Source: Geosiphon pyriformis uo1 (Eukaryota; Fungi; Glomeromycota). From it: 64,000 nucleotides of DNA. Where the stretch lies: the NCBI GenBank assembly GCA_016748015.1, contig JAAOMT010000607.1, forward strand, positions 372,001 through 436,000. The letters are read 5' to 3'. The number at the start of each line of letters is the position of its first letter. The first letter of the stretch is position 1. The position numbers were made by a program, and so were the translations under genes. This document shows, in pieces, positions 14,111-25,300 of this stretch. A model generated the notes under the pieces. It saw only the letters and a program-made list of their open reading frames with translations. It was not told the origin of the DNA and did not search any database.

Positions 14111-16000
14111 TGAAATTTTATTAAATATCTCAAGAAAAATATTAGTTATAGCTTTTTTACTCTTTATTCTGGTTATAAATATAAAATTAAGAAGACAAAA
14201 AATTTAATTTTTTTAAAATTTATAATACAAAAAAATTAATTATTAATAAAATAAACCAAATAAAATAATTAAAATAAACTGAAATTTATAAATATTAAAC
14301 CAAAGAGAATTAATAATGTGTTTTTTAGATAAATTAATTTTTATAAGCATTAATATATATAAAATTTTTTGTTTATAATATAAAAAAAAGTTGAAATTAT
14401 AATTTTTAAATATTAAATTTTTTAAAACTAAAAATACAAATAAAAGTTAACTTAAAAGAATAAAATATTATTTTATTAAAAACAATATTTTTAATTTATT
14501 AATTTAATACCAAAATTTATTAAAAAAAATTATGTGATCTATTATTTTTATTAATATATTAAATAAAAATAATTAAAATTATATAAACTTAAAAAAATTT
14601 ATATAATTTATTTGTATAATAAATATATTAATTTAAATTATAACTTAGTTCAAAATATTAATATTATAATTTAAATTACTAGTTTTATTTAATAATAACA
14701 TATTAATTTAAAAAATATTGCTTTTTTTAAGATTAAATTATATTAAATTAAAATTTGTATTTATTTTGCATTTAGGCTTTTTATATAATATTATATTTAT
14801 TTTAAAACTTATTAATTTTAATTTTTTAAACTTATAAAACATCAATAGTTTTAATTATTTTATTATAAACAATTTTATTATTTATAATTTTTATCAATTT
14901 TTTTTGTTATATTATTTATTTTAACATAAAAATTCTAAAAAATAAGTATTGTTTTTAATTATTGTATTTTTTTAGCATAAAAATTATTTTTAAAAATTTA
15001 TATATAATCTAAATATAATTTATTTTTAATATTTAAAATTGTTTTTGAAAATATTTAACTATAAATTTTAAATAATAATTAATATTAATTATTAGTTTTA
15101 ACAAATATACTTTGATAATTTAAATAAAAATATAGAAAACATCCAACTACTAAAAATTTTTACAAATTAATATGACTTAGCAAATTTCAGAACATATTAA
15201 AGTATTTTTCAAACAAGTAAACACATAATTAGACAATTCAATATTACTACACATTAAATACAACACTTTTGGATAATCTTTATTTCAGAGATACAGATAA
15301 AAATTTTGGACATTATATAGGTAGATGTTTTAAGAGTTTTGACTATTGCAAAAAGAGCCAAAATTTTTATACAAAGATTTGATCTCTTGGATATAAAACT
15401 TATTTCACTTCAGGTATTATATATTTTATTATTAATAAAATTAAAAATTTAAATTATAATAAAAAAGTAAGTAAGTAATATATTTTATTGTTAAAAACAG
15501 AAAATTGCAAAATAAAACCAGTAAAAAATATAATTTAAGACAATTTAAATTGTCTTATTAATAAAAACTTTTATTATTAAGTAAAAAATCAATTATACAG
15601 CATTTTTAATCTTTTTAATTTTAATTATAGATTTTAAATATATTCTATAATTATATAAGTGTTTATGTCTTTTTACTTTGTACAAAAAAAGATTATAAAG
15701 GTTTTTTAAAGCAAAAAAAATATATTTTATTTTATAAAAATCTTAAATAAATTCAAAATTCAAAGTTTTTAATAAAATTTTTTATTAATGTATTGTTTTA
15801 TATACTTTTTTAATATTAATTTTAAACTATTAATTAATTAATATAATAACATTATATGCTTGCAATATAGTTACAATTATGTTTACACATATACTAAATT
15901 TTAAAAAAACTAACTAGTAATAAACGATATTTCAAAGTTATAGTATAGCAAAAAAACNNNNNNNNNNNNNNNNNNNNNNNNNNNNNNNNNNNNNNNNNNN

Positions 16001-17345
16001 TAATAATACTTGCTTTTGCTTTCCACACCATTACAATTGTTGACAAAGCCTTTTTACCAAATTCAGAAATTCTGGTTGGTATTTCAAAAAGCCGCACACG
16101 TGATAACCGGCACACATTTCCCACTGGTGAATCCAATCTTATTAAAGATATCTTTAAGCCTAAAAACACAAATAACAAAATAAAATAAAAATACTTTAAT
16201 AAATCAATAACGATAAAAAATTTTATATACCTGCTATAATAAAGCCAACAGTTTCTAGTTTCTTTATTTTGTTTTTTTCATTATTAACAGCTTCACATAA
16301 ATCAACAAACATATCTTTCATCATCTTAGGCATTTTGAGACTTTTTTCTTCCAATAATTTTGTGCCATTATTTCCATCAAAGATCTTGCCAGCTTCACAA
16401 CAACCATATTCTGTATGCCATTTTCTGATGATTAAATCACCACGTCTACCCATTGCTTTTCTTTTTAGTGGATTTGTGGATGCGGCAACACGGTGTAGAT
16501 TTTTTCTTTTTGACGATGCACGGCTTGAACCTTCACCTCTGTCATAAAAATAGGAAAAAAGTTAATCATAGGCAACGATTGATTTTTTCAAAAAAAAAAA
16601 CATTACCTTACAACTTCGACCCCATCTATATCTAAAAAAGCTTTATCAATAAATGACCAAATGTGCAACATTATCCATGTTTCAGCGTGGTCATTTTCGA
16701 GATGATTCGCTTCATATTCAAGTAAACTATGAAAATAATAATAATATTATTATTATTATGTGTCTTAAATAAAAAAATTGCGAATTCAAACTTACAGATT
16801 GTATACAGTATTACGTATCCAATCGAAATCGAAATTTTTTGATCGATCAAAAGATTGATCATATATATTTGAGTTTAAAATTAATTTTCGCATGTCGGAG
16901 GCATTTGTCTAATAATATATATTAAAATTATAATAAATAATAGAAAACAACCATTATGTTCAAAAAAGTACTTACCGCCCGGAAACTGTTCAAGTACTTT
17001 AGAAGATCAGTTGGCATTAATGGCATAGGTTTTTTGTTAAACGATTGAATTTCTTTTAATTCATTCATTGTGAATACATTATTTTTTAAATAGTTCTCGT
17101 CATATGGGTCGATAATAAAAGAATGACAAAGACTTAAAAATAAAAAAAAAGATTAAGTAAATAAATAAAAATTACGTATATCACAGAATAAATACTTACT
17201 GTTCATGTGAACATTGCATTCCGTAGTGATATAATGCATCTTCGACACGTTTTCCAGTCGATAACACCCATTTATCTCCTTGAGCTCGTTGCAGTAACAT
17301 ATGTGGTAGTCTTTGAGCTATCCAGTGTTGGTTGCAGTAACACAT
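16001..17345 (-). CDS. Spliced gene for a PD-(D/E)XK-like nuclease-fold protein, N-terminally truncated copy (3' end runs into an N gap)
   Basis: Exons joined in frame across GT-AG introns: 17345(or 17300)-17200, 17132-16976, 16908-16796, 16726-16607, 16538-16231, 16159-~16001. Gives DKWVLSTGKRVEDALY...HSFIIDP...RGEGSSRASSKRKN...GRRGDLIIRK...EYGCCEAGK...LKMPKMMKDM... with no stops; CpGs retained. Confidence 0.85.
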
Positions 17346-18198
17346 GTGGTACCCTTTGAGCTATCCAGTGTTTGGCCCCTGAGCTCGTTGCAATAACAAA
17401 TGTGGTAGCCTTTGAGCTATCCAGTGTTGGGTCCTTGAGCTCGTTGCAGTAACATATGTAACCTTTGGGCTATCCAGTGTTTGGCCCTTGAGCTCGTTGT
17501 AGTTCATCAAGTGTTGTCAAAATCTCGCTATATCATTATGCAAACACATGTGATGGCCCTTGAGCTCGTTGCATCTTGCTATATCTAATCTGTTNNNNNN
17601 NNNNNNNNNNNNNNATGTGGTAGTCTTTGAGCTATCCAGTGTTGGTTGCAGTAACACATGTGGTAGTCTTTGAGCTATCCAGTGTTAGGTCCTTGAGCTC
17701 GTTGTAATATCATATATGATAGCCTTTGAGCTATCCAGTGTTGGGTCCTTGAGCTCGTTGCAATGACATATGTGGTAGTCTTTGAGCTATCCAGTGTTTG
17801 GTCCTTGAGCTCGTTGCAGTAACATATGTGGTAGTCTTTGAGCTATCCAGTGTTGGTTGCAGTAACACATGTGGTAGTCTTTGAGCTATCCAGTGTTAGG
17901 TCCTTGAGCTCGTTGTAATATTATATATGATACCCTTTGAGCTATCCAGTGTTGGTTGCAGTAACACATGTGGTACCCTTTGAGCTATCCAGTGTTTGGC
18001 CCCTGAGCTCGTTGCAATAAAAAATGTGGTAGCCTTTGAGCTATCCAGTGTTGGGTCCTTGAGCTCGTTGCAGTAACATATGTAACCTTTGGGCTATCCA
18101 GTGTTTGGCCCTTGAGCTCGTTGTAGTTCATCAAGTGTTGTCAAAATCTCGCTATATCATTATGCAAACACATGTGATGGCCCTTGAGCTCGTTGCAT
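17277..18198. repeat. Minisatellite of 56-bp units with a 43-bp variant, in the palindrome spacer
   Basis: Unit ccttgagctcgttgcagtaacatatgtggtagtctttgagctatccagtgttgggt. The short variant lacks gtccttgagctcg. Interrupted by 20 N at 17595-17614. Confidence 0.93.
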
Positions 18199-18248
18199 CT
18201 TGCTATATCTAATCTGTTTCCTGTTTCTTTTTTAATGGACTTTTCTAG

Positions 18249-19047
18249 TTTAATAAGTGTTCTTCAGAAGTTAGAATGTTTTGGAGCAAATTTAGTACTT
18301 CAAAATTACAACACGATCTTGAGGATGTCCAATTGCAAAAAGAACTAACATCGGATGAGGTGAGAATAAAAATTCCAGTGGAATGTTTGTTGAATTACTC
18401 ACCTTAATGTAAATTTTCAGTGTAATGCAGAGTTGTCCAACTCTGACTCCCCCTCTGATTCCTCCTCTGACTCCTCTGACTCCTCAAGCGGGCAAGAAAT
18501 CACCAACCCTTTTTTAGCAAAAAAGGTTAGTGTAATTTTTGGAATTCATTGTATACACTATTGTAATAGCTCGTAAGGCATAAAAAAATTGTTTATTTTA
18601 TTATGTAGAGTAATGATGGAGTTGCGTATGATGAGTTTGATGCAACGTTCAAAGCGATTCCACAAAGTGATAAATGGGTGTTATCGACTGGAAAACGTGT
18701 CGAAGATGCATTATATCACTACGGAATGCAATGTTCACATGAACAGTAAGTATTTATTCTGTGATATACGTAATTTTTATTTATTTACTTAATCTTTTTT
18801 TTTATTTTTAAGTCTTTGTCATTCTTTTATTATCGACCCATATGACGAGAACTATTTAAAAAATAATGTATTCACAATGAATGAATTAAAAGAAATTCAA
18901 TCGTTTAACAAAAAACCTATGCCATTAATGCCAACTGATCTTCTAAAGTACTTGAACAGTTTCCGGGCGGTAAGTACTTTTTTGAACATAATGGTTGTTT
19001 TCTATTATTTATTATAATTTTAATATATATTATTAGACAAATGCCTC
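18249..19047 (+). CDS. Second (plus-strand) copy of the nuclease-fold gene, with extra 5' exons; continues into the N gap
   Basis: Exons 18249-18359 (FNKCSSEVRMFWSKF...), 18433-18525 (Ser/Asp-rich), 18609-18745, 18813-18969 and 19037->19047 splice in frame. 18669-19047 appears identical to the reverse complement of 16898-17276. Confidence 0.8.
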
Positions 19048-19549
19048 NNNNNNNNNNNNNNNNNNNNNNNNNNNNNNNNNNNNNNNNNNNNNNNNNNNNN
19101 NNNNNNNNNNNNNNNNNNNNNNNNNNNNNNNNNNNNNNNNNNNNNNNNNNNNNNNNNNNNNNNNNNNNNNNNNNNNNNNNNNNNNNNNNNNNNNNNNNNN
19201 NNNNNNNNNNNNNNNNNNNNNNNNNNNNNNNNNNNNNNNNNNNNNNNNNNNNNNNNNNNNNNNNNNNNNNNNNNNNNNNNNNNNNNNNNNNNNNNNNNNN
19301 NNNNNNNNNNNNNNNNNNNNNNNNNNNNNNNNNNNNNNNNNNNNNNNNNNNNNNNNNNNNNNNNNNNNNNNNNNNNNNNNNNNNNNNNNNNNNNNNNNNN
19401 NNNNNNNNNNNNNNNNNNNNNNNNNNNNNNNNNNNNNNNNNNNNNNNNNNNNNNNNNNNNNNNNNNNNNNNNNNNNNNNNNNNNNNNNNNNNNNNNNNNN
19501 NNNNNNNNNNNNNNNNNNNNNNNNNNNNNNNNNNNNNNNNNNNNNNNNN
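19048..19549. other. Assembly gap (others at 15958-16000 and 17595-17614)
   Basis: N runs. By symmetry this gap should contain the mirror of 15958-16897. Confidence 0.95.
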
Positions 19550-20449
19550 GTTTTTTTGCTATACTATAACTTTGAAATATCGTTTATTACTAGTTAGTTT
19601 TTTTAAAATTTAGTATATGTGTAAACATAATTGTAACTATATTGCAAGCATATAATGTTATTATATTAATTAATTAATAGTTTAAAATTAATATTAAAAA
19701 AGTATATAAAACAATACATTAATAAAAAATTTTATTAAAAACTTTGAATTTTGAATTTATTTAAGATTTTTATAAAATAAAATATATTTTTTTTGCTTTA
19801 AAAAACCTTTATAATTTTTTTTTGTACAAAGTAAAAAGACATAAACACTTATATAATTATAAAATCTATAATTAAAACTAAAAAGATTAAAAATGCTGTA
19901 TAATTGATTTTTTACTTAATAATAAAAGTTTTTGTTAATAAGACAATTTAAATTGTCTTAAATTATATTTTTTACTGGTTTTATTTTGCAATTTTCTGTT
20001 TTTAACAATAAAATATATTACTTACTTACTTTTTTATTATAATTTAAATTTTTAATTTTATTAATAATAATATATTTTTATATTTTTATTTAAATTATCA
20101 AAGTATATTTATTAAAACTAATAATTAATATTAATTATTATTTAAAATTTATAGTTAAATATTTTTAAAAACAATTTTAAATATTAAAAATAAATTATAT
20201 TTAAATTATATATAAATTTTTAAAAATAATTTTTATGCTAAAAAAATGCAATAATTAAAAAGAATACTTATTTTTTAAAATTTTATGTTAAAATAAATAA
20301 GAAAAAAGTAAAAATCTTTTCTCTTGTCAATCCCCTGACCACGATGAGAGCAAAAAATTTATTAAAGTTATAGTTTTCTCTTTTCCTATCTCCCTTTGTT
20401 TCCCATAATTATTTCTTTGAACAACCCTGTATTTGTCACAATAGAACCA

Positions 20450-22378
20450 ATGAGCTCATCTACTGATGGGTCTGGTTCTGGCTCGACTGGTTTGGGGACT
20501 TGTCTAAACACCAAAAAAAAGTGAGTGGAAAGTGTCTACTCCTGTGGTGTGTCGTTTAAAAAACTGAAAAAGCCTGAAACTAGTGGAAGCATAGTGAACT
20601 TGTCTGCCAGACTACTGAATTTGTTGAATATTGGTAATTCTGGAACGAAACCTGCAGTGTCTTGGGGCAGCAAAGTAGGTAGTGTAATTAGTAGTGTTAG
20701 TGGTCTTTCTGACATAAAAAACATGGAAAATACAGTCACTGAAGAGACCAATTATGCGGATTTGGTTGCTTCTGAGCATGGTGAAAGTGAGGATGAAACA
20801 ATGCCTAGGAAAACCCATACTCGGATGTATGTATTAGGGCACCTGCCGAAGGTTCCAACATTTGATAACATGAGTGATGACGATGATGTTTTGATGCTTT
20901 TTTCTCCTAAGTTTGCCAGCTTTGTGCTGTTGATTGAATCATGTGCAGTAGATACACGTAGTTTTAGGCCAGTCAAATCCTTTACCCTAGATATAGAGCT
21001 GTCTGTTGTGCCTGAAAAAACCAATGGTGATAAGTTGTTTGCAGTAAAAAAGATTTTTTATAAAATTGATGGTTTTGGGGGAGCTTCCACTCCCTCAAAA
21101 TTTCCTGGTATTATTAGATTATCCTTTACATCAGAATCTAGTTTGAATAAGGCAAAGTTGTTGGCAGTTAGTGAGAATATTCTGGTTAATGATGATCATA
21201 GAAAAGTAAACAGCCATTCAGATCAAGAAATTATTGTCAAGGAGATCCCAATTGATCTTCCCAAATCAGCTATCATAGCTGTGTTTTCTAAATTCGGAAA
21301 GATCATTTCAATTAAGATGCAACTTATTGGTCTTTGGCAAAAGGCCCTGGTAGAATATGAATCATCTAAGTTGGCTGATTTGGTCGCAGCTAGGTGGTCT
21401 GTACTTGTGAGAAAAGATTCTGTTCGTGTGGTGAAGACAATTAAGAACAAACAAACATAGGTATTCAGAGATCAGCATTAGGCATTGCTTTACACTCTCC
21501 CAATTGGCACTACTGCTCATGATCTCTCTGGTCTGTTGGATTTATATAATGGGAAAACTTGTTTCATTGGTCACAATCCTGGTTTATATGTTCACAATCG
21601 GTGTGCAATTATTTGTTTTAAAAATAAGACTGCCAGATTGGCTGCTGTTAGTACTGTTCCAATTTTCAAGGGTGTTGGTTTGCATTGGGCTAGTCTTGTT
21701 TTGGCTAGCTGTGCCAAGTGTGACCAATTTGGTCATATCCATGCTGACTGTTCTGTGGGTGAAAGTTATGGTGTTTGTGGGAAAAGAGTGGTTTCTGATC
21801 AGGATTGGGTTCACCTAGCTGGTATATATAAAAAGAAATTGGCTCTTATTGCTCGTCCAGTTTCGTTTGGTGGCAAGACATGGGCCCAAGTTGCTAGTAG
21901 CACTCTCTCCCATGCGTTTTTCTCTGGTTCTGGTTTGCATTCTGGTTTGGTTCTTCCTTCTGTGGTCTCTGATCCTCTTGTTGTTTCCTGTTTGAGTGAT
22001 TGTTTGGTGATTTTGGAACGCTCTTTGAAGCTTTTGGCTGACCATGTTTCTGGCATCCTGGTTAGGTTGAATTCCTTTGGTGTGGTTCCTTTGGTTCCTT
22101 CTTTCTTGGTCTCCCCTCCTATTGCTTCTGCAGTTTTGGATTCTGAGATGGATTCAGATATGATTGTAGACAATGCTTTGAGTTCTTCGGATATTACTCC
22201 CCCTGTCACTGATGATACTGTTGTCAACCTCAATACTAGTGGTTCCAAGGTTCTTACTGCCAAGATAGGCAGTTTGGAAATGAAATTGGTCGCTTTGAAA
22301 GCTTTAGTTGGCTCAATTTTGGATAAGTTGAATCTTCTGTGTTCTGGTTCGAGTTTGTTAGCTCCCACATTAGCTTAA
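20450..22378 (+). pseudogene. LINE1 ORF1 (RRM-like region and CCHC zinc knuckle)
   Basis: ATG at 20450, in frame with ORF fragments 20525 and 21485. IIVKEIPIDL...FSKFGKI (RRM-like) and CAKCDQFGHIHADC. In-frame stops. Confidence 0.85.
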
Positions 22379-25300
22379 TGACTCATTTAGTTTGGAAGAT
22401 TGCCACGTGCAATGTCAGAGGTATGAACAATTGTGCAAAGCAGGCAGACATTGTTCGTTGGCATAAAAATATGAACAATCTGGTTTCCATTGTTACTGAA
22501 ACAAAGTTGAAGGGAAAGATTCACCCTTGGATTGCTGATAGGTTTGATGGCATTTGCGTTTTTACTTCTGGTCTGAATTCTAATCACATGGGATCTGGTG
22601 TTGCTATTATTTTGAACTCTTTATTGGTGAGACATGTGTGCAAAATTTTGGAGGTGCCTGGTCAGCTCTTGTCGGTGAGGCTGCTTTTTAAGAACAAACT
22701 TTCTGTGTCAATTCTAAGACTGTATGCTGGTGCTTCTTCGGTGGTTTGTTTCTCTCAGGCTGGTAATATCAACTCTTTCATTGCTAAAGCAATGAATGAA
22801 TTTTCTTTTGTCATTCTTGATGGTGATTTCAATGAGGACGGTTCTCACAAATGTGCCAGTTTCAATAAGTGTTTTGATTTGGGTTTGGTCAACTCTTTAG
22901 GCGGGAGTTTGTTTGTGAAATCTCTAACTTGGTGCAATTCTTGTGGTGTTGCCAAAACAATTAACTATGTTTTTGTCTCCTCTAATTTGATTAACGTGGT
23001 TGTGGATCGCAGTGTGGCTAGTGTTGATGACTTTTTTGATACTGATCATAAGGCTGTTTCTGTGTCTGTGGGTATAAGTGGGTTATTGGATGTGCAACTA
23101 TCTTCATTGCACAAACAGGCCAACAGGAATCATTGGAAATTTGACATCAAATGTGCCAGTGAGGTGAAATAGTTGGAGTTCAAGAATATCACAGCCAATA
23201 ATGCTTCTATGTTTTCAGATGCTTTTGTTACAACTAAGAAATTTTCAGATATGGATGAGATATGAAACATTGTTCAGAAAATTATGGTTCTTTTAGTAGA
23301 TGGAACTTTCAAAAAAAATGGTTCAAGAGTTTTGATAGTGTTTTTAATAAGATTTTGTCTAGGTTTTATAAACTGGAGCTGCTGGTGTCTAAGCTGGTTA
23401 GGAATTCTTACTTAGTTTCTGGTGGGGATTTTGCTTCATTGTTGAAGACATAAGATAAGATTGATTCCTCTGGTGCATCGGTGGTAAGATCTCTGTTTCT
23501 TTCAGGTTCTGGTTTCAGTCTCATTCATTCTGTGCTGGTCAAAGCAAGGAAGTTGTATTGTGCTTCTAAGTTGTTGGAATCCAAACACGCTGAAGAATCT
23601 TTGATCAAGCAGGCTATTAGTAAGAGGATGGAGAGTTTTGAACTAAACAAAGATCACACCATTAGGAGTGTTTTGAAGCATCCCTTTTGCAAGGTAGTCT
23701 TAAATTATTTGATTGTGAGAGATAAGTTGGTTTTGGAGCCTGACTCTGTTAAGTCAAAGGTGGATGAAATCATAGAGGGGTGGACCAAGAAGCATAGGGT
23801 GGTTTCTGACATCTCCGGAGATTGGGTTCACCAATATCGGCCTCTGGAGCATGTTTTTGATAGTGCTTTCTCTGGTGTCATGTGTCCGATTAGTTTTGAT
23901 AAGATGTCAACAGTCATCAAAAATTTTCTTGATGAAAAGACGGCTGGTCTTTCTGGTATCTCTAACGAATTGTGGAAGTGTTATGACAAATCAGTTTTGG
24001 ATATGCTTCTGGTGCTTTTGAACCTATGTTTAGTTAGTGAGTCAATTCCTGGACCTTGGAGAGAAGCTTGGATTTCTATGATTCCTAAACCATATGAATG
24101 GGAGGAAGTTCTCATGAACACTTGTCCTATTGCTCTAATTGAAACGGCCCACAAGATTCTTTCCAAGATCCTCTTAGATAGAATTTCTTCGGCTTGCAGC
24201 ACTTTTAATGTTCTTTGCAGGGACAATTTTTCAGTTTTAAAGAGTACAACAATGCAGTCTCCCATTTTTGCTGTAGGTTCAGTGATTGAAGATGCTCTAG
24301 AAAAAAACCAAGAACTCTAGCTGGTTTTACAGGACATGCATAAGGCTTATGACTTAGTTGGTTGGGAACATCTTAGGAGGAGTCTGGTCAGAATTAAGAT
24401 GTGTGATAAGTTTATTAGATTTTTTGGTAGCATTCACAATAGTCACATTAACAGAGTGATGACTGACTTCAGCTTGACTGATGGGTATTGTGTTTATGAT
24501 GGGCTGGACCAAGAGGAAGTTTTCTCTCCTCTTCTCTGGTATATATTCTATGATTCACTTTTGTGTGAAGTCAAAAGACAGAATAGTGTGTATAGCTACA
24601 GGTTGAATTCTCATTTTATATCCAAAACTGGCCAGACAGATCCTCAAGCTGGGCTGTCTTCATTTCTTGCTGCCAGCACTTTTGTCAATGATACTATTTG
24701 GGTTGGTAGCAGCCAGGCTGCTACACAACACATCCTTGATGTTGCTAGTAAGTTTTTTAAGTTTAACAATATTTCTGTAAATAATGACAAAACAGTGGCC
24801 ATCTCTATCAATTGCCAGGTGTCAGACCCTTATTTAACTATCAGTGGTGTGCCTATCTCTATTGCCAAGAAAGGGGAATCTCATCGTTATTTAGGCATTT
24901 TTTTATCTTCCGAGGGTCTTTTGAAGCCCAGTTTAGCTAAAGCCCAGATGGATATGCAGTTTTTTGTAAATCTGGTTTTGAGAAAAGCAGTTTCTGATAA
25001 ACAATGTGCATATTTGGTGTTTGCAGTTTTGTTTCCCATTATCAGCTATAAGACTCAGTTCAGTTTCATTTCTGTGGGTGTTTGTAACAAATGGGATGCT
25101 TTAGTATGCAAGATCTTGAAATCTAAGTCTGGGTTGTCCTGTGATTTCTCCAATGATGCACTGCACCACCTCTTATTGTATGGTCTAAAGACTTTTGAGC
25201 AGATTCAGGCTGAGAGTAAATTGGTATCCACTGTTATTTTTGCGAATTCTGCTAGTATTTTGGGTCACTTTTTTTCTCATAGGTCTTATGATCTTCAAGT

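Larger units (their letters stand above)
1..17276 (+). repeat. Left arm of a large interrupted inverted duplication (continues beyond the window start)
   Basis: Reverse-complement collinear matches: 1<->59687, ~1528-1729<->46940-47141, ~1722-1813 plus 12068-12197<->39983-40198, ~12194-14920<->27206-29939, ~14910-15957<->19550-20300, 16898-17276<->18669-19047. Confidence 0.93.

Noticed and set aside
17277-18198. CRISPR-like or guide array next to a nuclease
   Set aside because: The segments between conserved blocks are variants of one sequence rather than unique spacers, there are no cas genes, and the context is eukaryotic. Treated as a minisatellite.
17311-18218. Higher-order duplication 17311-17594 / 17935-18218
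   Set aside because: The copies are nearly identical and flank a 20-N contig join, so an unmerged assembly overlap is likely. Not claimed as biological.
19041-19613. 190-aa ORF, and the tail of ORF 15894-16178
   Set aside because: Artefacts of reading through N gaps.
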